Source: Octopus vulgaris
Lineage: Eukaryota
Assembly (NCBI GenBank): GCA_951406725.2
Contig: OX597826.1
Span: forward strand, 60,160,001-60,284,000
Length of the DNA stretch: 124,000 nucleotides
Direction: 5' to 3'
Each line of letters opens with the position of its first letter. The stretch's first letter is position 1. Below are positions 47,620 through 62,300 of the stretch, piece after piece. The notes under the pieces are model-generated. The model was given only the letters and a program-made list of their open reading frames with translations. It was not told the DNA's origin and did not search any database. A program made the translations under genes and the position numbers.

Positions 47620-48635
47620 ATCTATTTCAAGCGTAAATTGACAGTTCTGATAAGGACGATGTTACTACGTTTTGTGTCACTTTAAAAGTATATACCACGA
47701 ACAAGGCTAACCTCTGCGGCTGAAAAGAAATAACCCAGAAACCATGGTCCGCAGGTTCTGTTTAAGACTGGGTGGTGTCAATATCTCCCTTGTTTGAGGC
47801 ATAAGGACGCAGATGTGCGTCGGTAGCAAGCTGGAAATGATGTTTTCCTGGGACTATAAAAGTTAGTAAAACTGTCCGAAGCAGAAGTTTGAAAGCAGTT
47901 CATGACCATTGTGTCCGGCTAACGAAGTTATAACACGCATATACTGATTGAAACCCTATTACACGTGTTTATCTATTCAATCTCCGCGGCGCTTTCAAAT
48001 TATTTGGCTTGATGAAGCGACAACTGCTGTATTAACAGAATACTATTTCTTTGTATATCTATTCTATTACACATAACTAAATGAAACGGAACTGACCAAC
48101 TAAGATGAACATGTCCAAAGAATGATCAGTATCAAACATGTGTCTTGAGTAAACGCGACAAAAAACCTCCATTTGAACCTAAATTTATTTTGTTAAGGTA
48201 TTATCTGGCCAAAGAAGATTCCATTGGCTAAGAAACTGTCTTTGCAACTTCGTGGCTTCGGGTTTAGCTCCATTGCGTGGCATCATTGCAAATATCCTTT
48301 GCAATAACCCCGGGCCGATTATTGCATTCTCGGTGAATTGGTTAATCAACATTACTCTGTGAGGATAATTGGGCAGATTTCTCTGCCGTATAAATATCAT
48401 TCCATGGACAGTACGCTAGACCGTCGCAGGATTATTCACTTTTACCAGCTGAATTGACTGAAGCAACGAGATATGAAGTATTTTGCTCATGAACACAATG
48501 CATTTCCCAGTGCATCGAAACCACAACCTTACGATCATGAGTACAACACCGGAAACACTAAGCTATGAACCTCCACATTCTGAGTGAAATAGTAAAGGAA
48601 AACTGCTTGGAGGTCCGTCGTATACATATATATAT

Positions 48636-48704
<69 letters not shown>

Positions 48705-49483
48705 AACATATTCCTGTAAATATATGTGTGTGTGAGTTTGTGTACATATAATTGTGTGTATATATGTATAATGTGTGTCTGTGTGTGTTAATGTCTGCCA
48801 CCCTCCAACACTTTCCAACTGGCGCTGATTTGTTTTTGAACCCATAACTCATCGGTTTGGCAAGCGACCAATAGAAAACCAGATTTTAAAATAAAGTATT
48901 GCGGTCGAAATGATTGACTAACCCTCTTCAAGGAGAGTTTCCATCTCGGCATAAGTTCATTAACTGAAAGAAAAAAGTTTGCAGACATCCTTGCGGCATG
49001 ATCAGAAAATATATATATTAGGGTCCACAAACCACAGAAGTTTTAATATCTATAAAACATGAATAAACCACCACATTATTAAATAGAAAGAAATTGAAAG
49101 CTTGATATGTTTTAAATGTTTATCTTAAGCGTTTCTGAAGATTAATAATATCCGCACCCACCAACCATACGGAGTTGATGTCTTTAAAGAAATTTGTTGT
49201 TGATTCACGTTAAAATAATCTTTTTTACATTGTCGTCTATGTTCCATTCCAGCGATGAGCTACGAAATCGATTCCATCAAGGCACTCATGCAAAGGAGAC
49301 ACAATACTTGGAATTTTATTAATTAAGATAAAATTACTGTTTACTAATGAATGTCACATTAAGACGTTGCTGACCGATTTCATAAGAGAAAATGATTTTT
49401 CACAGCACATATAAATCAGGAATAATGTATATTTTTCAATTACACGTGGATCTATCTGAATATATAATATAAAAATAGCAGCA

Positions 49484-49715
49484 AGGCGGCGAGCTGGCAG
49501 AATCGTTAGCACGCCGGGCGAAATGCTTAGCAGTATTTCGTCTGCCGTTACGTTCTGAGTTCAAATTCCGCCGAGGTCGACTTTGCCTTTCATCCTTTCC
49601 GGGTCGATAAATTAAGTACCAGTTACGCACTGGGGTCGATGTAATCTACTTAATCCGTTTGTCTGTCCTTGTTTGTCCTCTCTGTGTTTAGCCCCTTGTG
49701 GGTAGTAAAGAAATA
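49484..49715 (+). mobile_element. SINE family A
   Basis: Near-identical to 19848-20077. More decayed copies at ~19255, 51313, 51630, 66335, 103850. Confidence 0.85.
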
Positions 49716-50592
49716 TATATAATATAAAAATAGATGCATGAATTTATCAAGTACACACTGTGTGTTTGGTTTAACGAAATAATATAATGTTATTTAATTC
49801 ATATTATATATTGATAAAATCAGGAAAAATGATAGTCGTCGTATTTCAAAACTTAGACATGCTGTGGAATAACTAAAGACAATTTTGTAATCAGCGTCCA
49901 AAATAGATTTAAGAAAAGGCTAAATTGAAGAAAAAGAAAATTATCATGTTAACCAGCGTAGTTTATTGAATTTCTCAAATAAATTAAATACTTGTTAAAA
50001 ATCTTCTTAAAACTTAGTAATATTTCAAAATATTTGTACAATCTACGATGTGGTTAAGCAGCAAATTGGCTAAAAAGCAAAGAAAATATTTTCTGAAGAT
50101 ATTGCAAAATTTTTCTAATGTTCATTTATCAGTAACAGGTGCACCGGTTGCTGGTTAGATGTCGACAATTAACTTCAGCAATTTCTCCTCTTTCTTTCTA
50201 TTTGGTATGTTAACTAAAAATATTTTGAGTTTTTATTCTTTTAAGCTTTTTGTTTCTTTTTACCGTTCTTTGTTCTTCTTAGCATGATTTGTTTTGTTTT
50301 CTAAATAACAGAAAAGCAACTTGGTAAATTATTCTAATTCCTAAAATCAACAAATATTCGCACAGGAAATGATATACAACCGTTTCTACATACGTGTGTA
50401 GCAAAAGGCATACACCTATGTACATGTGTGTGCGAGTGTCTGTCAGCCTGTGTACTTTATGTTAGCAATTTTTGAATGCGTAATTTTTTTTTATAATCGT
50501 GAGTGCTCGAGTGAGTGTGGGCATACCTGCAGCGTAACACTTCATGTGCGCGTGCGTATGAATACATACAAACATACATATATATATATATA

Positions 50593-50662
<70 letters not shown>

Positions 50663-52158
50663 TATAGTTCTCTGTAGTCCTATTTAACCAGGTGTGCCAG
50701 TGTATATACACAGGTTTATAAACCATTAAACAACATAAACAATGCACAACATTTTTCGTTAACTCGACAAGAATTATGTACACATTGAATGACATGTTAT
50801 TCTTTCTTGATGTCATTTTGTTTACTTTCCTTGTCTTTATTTGCAGTTTCTTGATCTAAAACGTTTCTTCATTTTTCTGTTGAGTGGCAAATTTTTCATA
50901 CCCTTTCAACTTTATTTGTGTTTTATCAATGAGTTGGCTTTTAAAATTACCAGGAAATAACTTAATTACATTCTTTTGAAAATTGGAACATTAATATGCT
51001 TTAGAAATTAAATATTTTAAGCAAAGGTGACATAATTACATCGATACAATGTGCAACCAAGTTTACATCGATACTATGTGCAACCAAGAAAACCCAGATT
51101 TCCTTTCAGCAACATATGATAGTCGAAATCATTAGACCGTATAGATGGAAAACTCAAAAAGTCCGCTTTTCTTAAAGGCCAGTCCCTTAGCGAGCGCTTA
51201 GCTTTTAAGCCTATTCTGCCGCTTGCATTTGAGGTTTTCATTGATTTACATTACCGATATTCGAACGCTATGGAAGACTACGTAGATAACTGTCAATATT
51301 TATCTTTTATTGAGACGGCGAGCTGGCAGAATCACTAGCATCCCGGACAAAATGCTTAGTGGCATTTCGTCCGTATTTTCGTTCAGAGTTCAACATTCGA
51401 TGAGATGGTCTTTGCCGCTCTTCATTTCGGGTTCGATAAAATAAGTACCAGTTGAGGATTGGGGTAGATGTAAGTAACTTAATCCCTTCTTCGAAATTGC
51501 TGGTATTTCACCAAATTTTAAATCAGAATTCAACATCTGCTGGAAGATGAGAGTAACAATTTACAGGACAACGCGAGAAATTTGAGAATGAGACTTTGGT
51601 TTTTGATTGTATATTAAAAAAAAAATTATTACATCGACCTCAGTGCGTAACTGGTACTTATTTAATCGACCCCAAAATATGAAAAGCAAAGTCGACCTCG
51701 GCGGAAATTGAACTCAGAATGTAACGGCAGACGAAATACCACTCATTTTCACCAACTGAGTGGACTGGAGCAACGTGAAATGAAGTGTTTTGGTCAAGAA
51801 CACAACGTGTCACCCAGTCCGGGAATTTGATTGTATATTTAAAGCAAACAATACTCTTAGCTTTAGAATTACACAGAGAGAAAGGACGACTGAGCCAAAG
51901 GGACGTGCACGTTTTTCTCCTGCCTCTATTACATCATTACTCTGTATGTTCAAACAAAAGAAAATGAACAAAATATGAACATGATTTATTATGAATACAT
52001 CTACAATGTTTCAATATTTTCCCCTAAATTTCAATTTACTGTTATTAATCAAAATACGCGCTTTTGGATATTCATTTATGATGGCATCACCAATGTTTCC
52101 TTTTATAGTTTGTGCCGTGATTTATTCAATTCATATGACCGTATGCATTTATTCGTAC

Positions 52159-52207
<49 letters not shown>

Positions 52208-53092
52208 TGTGTGTGTGTGTATGTGTGTTTGTGTGTGTTTAGGTGTACCTATACACAGACGCACAAACACACAGAAACACACACACATATATACATTTGC
52301 ACATGGTACATATTGCTAAGTATAAATACAATAGTTCGAATTGTGTCCCAAAATTCTGTGGCATATTTTCGATAACTTGCCAATGAATTTGCCGGAAAAT
52401 TATAATTAGAGACTTTGTTATGGGTCCATATTATCCATAAAAGAAAACGATTTCCCTATTGAGATAGACAGGATGTTGAAACATAGACAAAGCACTATTA
52501 ACGCTTGGTTGCAAATTTTACCTGCATAGCCCCTTTTTAAATCTCTTAAAACCTCTTCAAACGTATGAAATACGGTTTAACAACAATGAAGAAATGAGAA
52601 ATGATTTACACAGTTGACAACGAGAAAGCATGTTATTTGGTGTATTACTTTTCCCCAAATAGCATGCTTTCTCGTTACCATCTGTCCAATACTTCAGGGT
52701 TGCTTATTTTTTCAATCCTGTAAAAATGGAAGTAAAAATTTAATTCCTGGTGATTTGAACACACAAGATACACATCTATCCCTTCAACACAGGACAACTT
52801 AGCAACTTCTAAATATCCTGGAAGTTCGTTAATTTAATAATTTCTTATGATAGTTTCTATTTTAGCCACAAGAGAACAAATTTAGTTGAATACCATAATC
52901 TGTTTCTTTATTTTTCGACACTCAGAGAATGAAATCCAAAACTGTGATCAGTAGGGTTTGAACGCAGAAAGTAAACATTTAAAACATATTTTTTCTAATG
53001 CTCTAAAGATTAGACCAATTCGAAGGTTTGAATAGAGATTAAATAAAACGTAGAAAATCGAAACAATCTGCCAGCTGGAAGAATATTTAGCA

Positions 53093-53500
53093 GGTATGGC
53101 TGTGTTGTGAGAAGCTTATTTCTTAACCACATGGTTCTGGGTTCAGTCCCTCTGCGGGATACTTTGGGAAAGTATCTTCTACTATAACCTCAGACCTACC
53201 TAATCTTGGAGTATATTTGATAGACAGTAACAGAAAGAAGCCCGCCGTATACATATATATGTATATATCTATGTGTAAGTGTCCTTGAGTCTGTGTTTGT
53301 AACCCATCATCACTTGACAACCGGTGTGTTGGTGTAGTTACGCCCCATACTTTGGTGGTTCGGCAAAAGTACCGATGGTATAAGTACCAGGCTTTAAAAA
53401 GAAAAGCAAGTCCTGGAGTCGATTTATTCGACTAAAACCCTTCAAGGCGGTGACCCAGCATGGCCGCTATCAAATGACTGAAGCAAGTAAGGGTAAAAGA
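53093..53500 (+). mobile_element. SINE family B (diverged)
   Basis: Matches the family B consensus. Confidence 0.75.
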
Positions 53501-53850
53501 CGTCGGTCAAAATGCTTAGCGGCAATAATTTGGTTTTGTGCACTGTGAATTCAAATACTGCCCAGATCGAATTTTCCTTTCGTTTTTTTTTTTCGGTGTT
53601 GATAGAATAACATACCAGTCAAGATCGGGGTCCATGTATTTGACTTGTCCCTGCTCGTAAAACATCACTGACCTTATATCCTGCAAGGGACTACCATTTC
53701 CTTCAAGCCGGGATGTTGTGAATTTAGTCACTTAGGCTCCAAGGAAACAGCGTGTTACTAGTCCTAGAGTTCAAGAAAACTAGGAAAAAATATCTAAAAT
53801 TCAATGACAGTACCATATATATATATATATATAAAATTTACATCTATCTA

Positions 53851-53881
<31 letters not shown>

Positions 53882-53936
53882 GTATATATATGTATAAACC
53901 AATATATATGTATGCATGTATGGACTTATATGTGCA

Positions 53937-54013
<77 letters not shown>

Positions 54014-54800
54014 TAAAAAATGATTTGTAAATGTGTACAAGACATTTACAGATAATTTCAAGTTCATGTTTCGAGTGTTAAGTGAGAGGGGCGTGGGCGT
54101 ATTTTTGATGATTCTCATTATACACTAGAATATATTTGAACAAAATTCAGAAATGAATGTAAAGAATGTAATGAAAGTGGAGAAATAAGGTAGTCAAATG
54201 GCTTACAGAATAGAGAAGAAAAATAATTTATGAAAAAGTAAAGGGTTCAAAAAAAAAAAAAAATTAAGAGAAGGAAAAAAGAAAGAAGAATGTAAAAGAA
54301 GTGAATGGGTTGAAGAAGATAAACGAGTGTTTATAGAAGAAGAAATAAAACAGTTGATCAGCGTTAATAAAGGAAAAAAATAAATAATATTTCAATAAAG
54401 TGAAACACAGTAAAAAATAAAATGTTAACGTGATTCATTTTCGAGATTGAAGTTCTTTTATCAATATTGAGATAAAGACAAGAGGATACAAAGCGGTTTA
54501 CTAATAATTTTCAGTCTCAAACGAAATGAATTTGAACGACTCTTAGCCACTACTCGAAAGGCTTTTGCATCCACGTGCGTGCGCATACATGCACACGACA
54601 CAGGTACACATGTACAAACATGTACATAAATTTATAAATCCAAAATTCTGCTTACGTATACATAGACATACACACGCGTAAATATATGTATACGTATATG
54701 CGTGTACGTGTGTGTGTATATACAAATATGCATACATACAACCACACATACACACACAAATATGTTATATAATGCATATGCACATATATGATATATATAT

Positions 54801-54833
<33 letters not shown>

Positions 54834-54921
54834 CACACACATATATAAATATATACACATACAAATATTATATATATGCGTACACATATACGTTCATATA
54901 TGCATACATATATATTGGTAT

Positions 54922-54986
<65 letters not shown>

Positions 54987-55319
54987 TATATATGTATGTA
55001 CGCATGTATATATATGTGTGTATATATGTGTATATATATTGTTTGTTCCTTCTAGAGCCATGCCTGGCTCATAAGGGCTGATTTCCCGGTTTCCTTGGCG
55101 TATACGTTCCCCACCTGGACGGGACGCCGGTCTGTCACAGTTGAGCTCCAAGATGCAGGAGAAAAGAGTGAGAGAAAGTTGTGGCGAGAGAGTCAGCAGA
55201 AGTTCGCCATTACCTTCTGCCGGAGCCGCGTGGAGCTTAGGTGTTTCGCTCATAAACAGACACATCGCCTGGTCTGAGATTTGAACCTATGATCCCTCTA
55301 AGCACTAGGCCATGTGGTA

Positions 55320-55376
<57 letters not shown>

Positions 55377-55784
55377 TTGTGAATCCGTTTTCGTTTAGTG
55401 CGCTTTACACTATCATCTGAGGTGCTCCGTCATCATAATTCTGTGAAACTTGATTTCTACCTTTCTAGACTCTTATCCGAAACTCCAAATGAGAAGATTA
55501 ATTAGTTGCGCCTCGAACAACTAAGAATATATTTCAAAATATGAAAAATAGAAACCAAAATTCGCTTGAAAGTTCATACATAAATGTCAAAATAAGGAAG
55601 AAACTAAATACTAAGTTCTAAACTAAGAATGAGGGGTCGTTGTATCATTCAATTGAGTTTGGTATGAAAGTGTTATTTAATTTTTGAACCTTAAATTTCA
55701 TAGTTAGCATCAATCTATCCTCGAAATTGACGTCTTATGGATATATTCAATGCACGACTATTCTCTTTTTTTTTTCTCTTTTTA

Positions 55785-56100
55785 CTTCTTTCAGTCATTT
55801 TGACTGCGGCCATGTTGGTGCACCGCATTTAATCGAGCAACTCGAACCCGGGACTTATTCTATCGGTTGTCAAGCAATGCTAGGGGGACAAACACAGACA
55901 CACAAACATACACGCACATGCATATATATATACATATATACGACGAGATTCTTTCAGTTTCCGTCTACCAAATCCACTCACAAGGATTTGTTCGGCCCGA
56001 GGCTATAGTAGAAGACACTTGCCCAAGGTGCCACGCAGTGGGACTGAACCCGGAACCATGTGGTTGGTAAACAACCTACTTACCACACAGCCACTCCTAT
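55785..56100 (-). mobile_element. SINE family B, internally deleted
   Basis: Matches the family B consensus with a gap. Confidence 0.8.
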
Positions 56101-56112
56101 GTTTCACCCTTT

Positions 56113-56211
<99 letters not shown>

Positions 56212-56500
56212 ATTATATATATATAAGTTAAAACTACAACTTTTAAAATTTAACAAAATGTAACCAAAATTCCTGTAGTCATACCGATATACGATCAAAT
56301 TAAACATTTATAGCTAGCCATTAACTGCAACACAATCAACCTCGAACCCACCAACACAAACGCATTTAAATAGGACAAACATATAATAAGTAAATACATT
56401 CATGTATACAACGTTCTAACAACATGCAGTATTACAAAGGTATGCCTGTGAATAAAGTAAAATACCCATCTAAAAATGTCAGAATGATATGTGGACGCCT

Positions 56501-56535
56501 CTGATGAGAACCCATTTATGTTCGAAAATCGATTA
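56501..56535 (+). ncRNA. Minimal hammerhead-like motif
   Basis: CTGATGA-GAAC(CCATTTAT)GTTC-GAA-AATCGATT-A: intact core, stem II and palindromic stem III; stem I pairs poorly. Confidence 0.4.
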
Positions 56536-56623
56536 ATGTTGTTCATCAATTTTTTTCAGTCTACAGACAAATGAGAAAATTTCCCCTGTTTATAATTGTA
56601 CCATATGTTATACATATACATAT

Positions 56624-56680
<57 letters not shown>

Positions 56681-57118
56681 AGGTGAGAGGAGGGATATAA
56701 TATCCAGGCAGATACCGAATTTCTCTGAGTCAGAATCATTTCTGTCAATGTGTTTTTTGGTACTTTTCCTTTAATTCCTATCTGATGTTCCGGTTTATTT
56801 CTTGGCTTCTTAGGGTGTAAAGAACAATGTGTGTGTGTGTGTGTATCTGTGTGTGTGGACTAGTGGTTAGGGTGTGGCACTCACCATCGTAATATTGTGG
56901 TTTCGATTCCTGGAACGGATGACGCGTTGTATTCTTGAACAAAACACTTCATTTCACCTTGCTCCAGTCCACTCAGGTGGCAAAATGTGTAATCCTGAGA
57001 TGGATCGGCGTCCCGTCCAGGTGGGGAATATTTACGCCATTGAAACCGGGAAGCCGGCCTTCATGAACCTTGCATACCTCGAGAAGGAAACATTTCTATA
57101 TCATTATTATTATTATTA

Positions 57119-57155
<37 letters not shown>

Positions 57156-57178
57156 GATTGTTGTTGTTATTGTTATTA

Positions 57179-57217
<39 letters not shown>

Positions 57218-57797
57218 GAGTGAGAGAGCAGTTCATGCCATCAAAGTGACACTGGGGTAAAATATAAGAAGCCCAATATACCCATCATGACTACCCGTCT
57301 GATAAGGGTACACCAGGCACATGCATCACAACCATATGTGTGCGATATGGTGATCTCATATCAAGATAAACAGCGCATGACCTTGCAGGTGGGGCCAGTT
57401 AGAATTTTCTTGAGGTTGAGTAGCCCATCCCGCTCAAAAGGTCCCTGAATAAGGGTTATTTAAGGATATTGAAAGAACCACCCATGTTTCCAGAGGTGAA
57501 TTATTCAAACCCCAAAGAATCCCTCTCAACACATAGCTATGATGCTCCCCCACTACTTCTGCGCGTGATCAGAGATGCACATATCGTCAGCCACTAAGGA
57601 ACATGCTCAACTGGTTAAGGTCAAACAACTGACAAGCAAATCTGTGGTATTGAGCAGAATATTTGCTGTAGCCCACCTTTTATACCAAGACAAAACAATG
57701 TACATGATAACACTTCCAATCAGTTAAGATCAGAAGCCATGAGAGCCACTGCCTGGTACTGCATCAGGGCATCCACTGCCTGGTACTGCATCAGGGC
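57218..57797 (-). mobile_element. ~530-bp interspersed element in (ATT)n
   Basis: Homologous to 8290-8822; small end duplication of CCACTGCCTGGTACTGCATCAGGGCA. Confidence 0.75.
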
Positions 57798-57798
57798 A

Positions 57799-57889
<91 letters not shown>

Positions 57890-58078
57890 GTATTTATGTA
57901 TGTGTGTGTATATATAGTATGCGGAGGGATATAACAACCAGGCAGATACAGATAACGAATATCTGAGGCAAAGTATCAAGGTTGGGTCCCTCTGATTGTG
58001 TGTCTTTTGGTAAGTTTCCTTTAGTTCGCATCCGATGTTCCAGTTTATCTCTTGTTTACTTAGAGTATAACGTATAAT

Positions 58079-58137
<59 letters not shown>

Positions 58138-59744
58138 CATATATGTATATATATATATATATATATATTATATATCTATATATATATGGAGAGAGAGAGA
58201 TAGAGAGAGAGGGGGAGAGAGATAGCTATACGTATATATTATATATATACATGAAATACATGTATGTATATACCTATAAATTTATGTACATGATATATAT
58301 ATATATATTTATGTGTGTGTATGGGTGTGTATGTATATTGTATACCGATATTATATATACACCGAAATACAGAAATCTAATCCAACGTTGATGAAGTTGT
58401 TATGTACGAATTGAAGAAAAGAAACCCACCAACCGTTTCAGAAATATTGACATTCAGTGAGATTGTTGCCGCGCAGAAATTTATGAATTTGACAGTGCAT
58501 CTAATTAAATCAATCAGAATCTGTTTTGTCCCAAGGCACGGTCACTAATGAAGTATTCCATTGCTAGTTATTTGAGAATGTCCGATTTAAAAATTAATAC
58601 TAGTTTTAACTAATGTCTCATATTGTATGAAGGGATAGAATTTCTGATAACAGTTCAATACTGAATCTATCGGATTTGCGGAGAAGTGTTATGATGGCCT
58701 GTGTAGCTATATTCATCCATGTGAAAGGTCATATTAGTGTTCAATAAGTTCCGTTGCCGTGATGAGTTGTGGAGTCAAATGTTCCTAACCTTACCCTTCA
58801 TCTTGGAGTGAAGAAGCGAGAGAGAGAGAGTGTAATGTTATCATATCCTGTGCTGCTTGACAAGTAAATGACGAATGACCGAAGTTGAAGGAGTGTTCGT
58901 GTTGGTGGTGGGACGTGATGTGAGACGAGATTAGGCAATAGTGAATAAAGTTGTACAGGAAGGTTTGGAAGTAAGATAAAACTAATGATGAGGAAACTAA
59001 GAATTGGAGGAATAAATAAGAGTAATATTGTATCGTATGCAGGGCATCATGGACAGGTAGATTTTATTATTACCTTACATGGAGCAATACGTTGCGTTTG
59101 AAAGAGTTTTCGGAAGAGCTAAGTAGAATCTAGTTTTACATCTTACGCTATGTTTGGGACCCCATTCCACACCAACATAAAACTATTGGCTGATATTGCG
59201 TAGTGAAAGCTGTAACAAGAAATCAGAGACTAAATTTTCAATCTGAAAACAATTTCCACGGTTTTCTAACCTCAATTTTCGGTACTGACTAGGAAGGGCA
59301 TGGATAGAATCATTTTACTTCAGCTCGGTTCGCATAAAATATGCAAGAGGTCCACTTCAAAATAAAGAGACTGATGGTACAAATAAAGATTGTTTGAGTC
59401 ATGGAAATACTTACAACACATGCAATTAGAAGAGTTATTTATGTATAACAATCACTATACAAGGATATCTGAAGTAAGAAACACAATCTTTGTAGGTTAA
59501 GATGTATTACTTAATGAAGTCGTTACATGCTCAATCTGGATTTACGTGCTTGATATCATCATTACTTTTGTAACTGTTTAACCCCAGATCGCATCTATGA
59601 ATGATAATCTCCATGATAAAATCTCTTCTAATCCCGATCTCCTCTTCCTTTTTATTATTTTTTTGTTGTTGTTCGCGCAGCATTTATCAGATGCTTTATA
59701 TTCCAGTGTAAGTTAAGGCACTAACTGTAGTCATTACGGTATAC

Positions 59745-59966
59745 TCTTACTCTCTTTACTCTTTTACTTGTTTCAGTCATTTGACTGCGGCCATGCTGGA
59801 GCACCGCCTTTAGTCGAGCAAATCGACCCCCGGGACTTATTCTTTGTAAGCCCAGTACTTATTCTATCGGTCTCTTTTGCCGAACCGCTAAGTGATGGGG
59901 ACGTAAACACACCAGCATCGGTTGTCAAGTAATTCTAGGGGGGCAAAAACACAGACACAAACACAC
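59745..59966 (-). mobile_element. SINE family B, 3' half
   Basis: Near-identical to the tails at 71660 and 72506. Confidence 0.8.
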
Positions 59967-61031
59967 TGTTATGGTACGCAGAAAATTTTAATTCTAGGAA
60001 GCCGAGCGAAGGCTTAACATACGCCTAGGTGTTCCATTTTCTACCTTATTTTAATGAAGAAATTCGTTTGAAGATATCAATGGTTTTGTTGAAAACTATA
60101 TTATGTTGAATGTATTTATTCATTGTGGCAGCCATATAGCGTTGGCCATGCTAATTTGGAGTTTTTATATTGTTATACATCCACTCCTATGTACACTACA
60201 CATATTTACATATAGATGTGTGCATGTGTGTGTGTGTGTAAGCGTGTGTGTGTGTGTGTATCTGGCTGGCTGTCTGTTTCTCTCTCTCTCGTTCTCTCTC
60301 GTTCTCTCAATATATATGTATATATGCATGGATGTATTGTAACAAGGAAGGACAGTAGCTCCGGTGGGAGCGCTGCAAAATATTTTTTTGTTTTTTTTGT
60401 TTACTTCAGACGACTCTTCTTTTGACTCTCACCTGTGGGTCTTTATGCACAAGACAATTCGTCAACTCCAGAGCTGTCTCAAACAGTCTAGCTAGCTGAC
60501 CAATCTTAAATTTTTGATGTAGGTCTTAAAACATTTCTGTGTCGTACGAAGAGCAATAAAATATCAGGTATAGTTTTGATCATAGGATGGTACTCTGCTA
60601 GAGCGAGGGTATCGTAGACTCATTCCGTATGTATGCGTAGCTGCTCGTTGCTATTTCACATTTCTTGTTGGCCAATGTTTTCCGCATTGGATACATACAC
60701 GGTTCTTAATTTGTGATCAGGTTACCAGTGAAGATCATTTTCTGTGACTCGTAAACAACTTTCGTATGATTTCAAAGATTTATTTCATTTTTCCGTCTAC
60801 AACAATCACTTTTGCGAAAAATGGCACTCTAAACAGTCGCAATGGTCATGCTTTTTTTGTGACATCGTAGAGGTTTTCAGGTGATAAACGAATCTCTCTC
60901 CAAGGACAGGAGGCATCTTTATGAAGTGTGATATGATACTGACTCTATACCAATCAATCGACACCCCTCACTAAATTTGCCGTTCGTGAAGAAGGTATGA
61001 CGCTTTCCGAATTGCGTCAGCTGTCCCTTTT

Positions 61032-61430
61032 TATTGGGTTGTCCGGAAAGTTCGTGCCGATTTTTAAAAAAAGGAAAACGTCAATAAATACTTGCTATTA
61101 CATTTTTAATCAACTAAATATAAACCATTTTTTTGCAAAATGCGTTTCCATATTTCCTTTAACTAGAAAATACCCCCTTACCAGAATTGAGGTAGTTTCA
61201 TGGTAAAAAAAATTCATCAAGATATTATTTTACGTTATCCAAGGAATTGAAATTTTTACCATTAAGACTATTCTGCAGAGACCTGAATAAGTGGAAATCC
61301 GAAAGAGCAATATCTGGTGAATATGGAGGGTGGGGTAACACATCCCAGCCGAGCTGCAGCAATTTTCGTCTGGCTCCCAAAGCATCAAGTGCGGAAAATG
61401 AACTCTTTTATCTTCAATTAACACAGGTTA
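61032..61430 (-). mobile_element. Mariner transposon 3' remnant with TIR
   Basis: TATTGGGTTGTCCGGAAAGTTCG terminus; LGWDVLPHPPYSPDIALSDFHLFRSLQN. Confidence 0.85.
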
Positions 61431-61469
61431 TAGGAATATAAATCTTCTTCCAAGAAAAGATAGCTTAAA

Positions 61470-62300
61470 CTGTGCTATAAATGGAAGTGTAGTCAAATCC
61501 TATTTTATGAATTCAACCATAGCAAAAAATTCTATGCCCCCACACGGAGCATAGAAGTGCGGGTAAATGAGCATTGGAGGGAACTTAAGGAAGATAAGAG
61601 ATCATCGGTTCTGTACCAGCACGGGGGGCTCGCTCAACAACATAGAAGTTAAAATCTTCAACATACAACAGACGCAACGCTTAGACAAATTACAGAAGCT
61701 ACACACATAATAGAAGATAAACCTAGCCTGAATAGGAAGCTGGAATGGAATACTAGCACACACCCACAACACACCACAACATACGACAGAATGAGAGCCC
61801 CATAAACTAATAATAAAATGAGTATAATATAAACTATATACAGATAAACAAATGGAATTAAATAACTATATACGTTAACAAAATAAATTAAATTAATTAC
61901 AAAAAAGAAAGAATAGAAAAAATAAGTAGGTATAAACACATGAACAAAATAAATAAAGACAAATTAAATGAACGTGTATAAACAGGGGATAGTGCTAATA
62001 CAGCACATCTCCCTCCCCCCATACACACACACTTACTAAACATAGACAAACGTAAATAAAGACATATACAATAGGAATACAAAATGTCTGATCATTAGTA
62101 AGGTAAGACACAAAAAAGAAAGAAGAAAGCAAAGGACCACTGATGAGGTAACAGAAGTGTGACGAAAGAACTCTGGCCGAAATACGATTAATTCAAAAAT
62201 AAAACTGAAGCAAATAAACACCAAATATATAGTGCGTGTGTTCTTATTGGCTAAACTGGCAACGTGACTATACCCAAATACAACAATATATATATATATT
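61470..62300 (+). mobile_element. Penelope-like retroelement 3' fragment (GIY-YIG endonuclease remnant + UTR)
   Basis: Frameshifted translation ILFYEF...KFYAPTRSIEVRVNEHW...LYQH...LRQITEATHIIEDKPSLNR matches the PLE GIY-YIG pattern. Confidence 0.75.
62134..62178 (+). ncRNA. Minimal type I hammerhead in a PLE 3' region
   Basis: GGACCA-CTGATGA-G-GTAAC(AGAAGT)GTGAC-GAAA-GAAC-TC-TGGCC. It lies downstream of a GIY-YIG remnant; stems I and II each carry one mismatch. Confidence 0.55.

Noticed and set aside
60330-61000. Exon-like LARLFETALELTNCLVHKDPQ and mariner-like fragments
   Set aside because: Ambiguous; the neighbouring text looks like a decayed transposase, so no exon was called.
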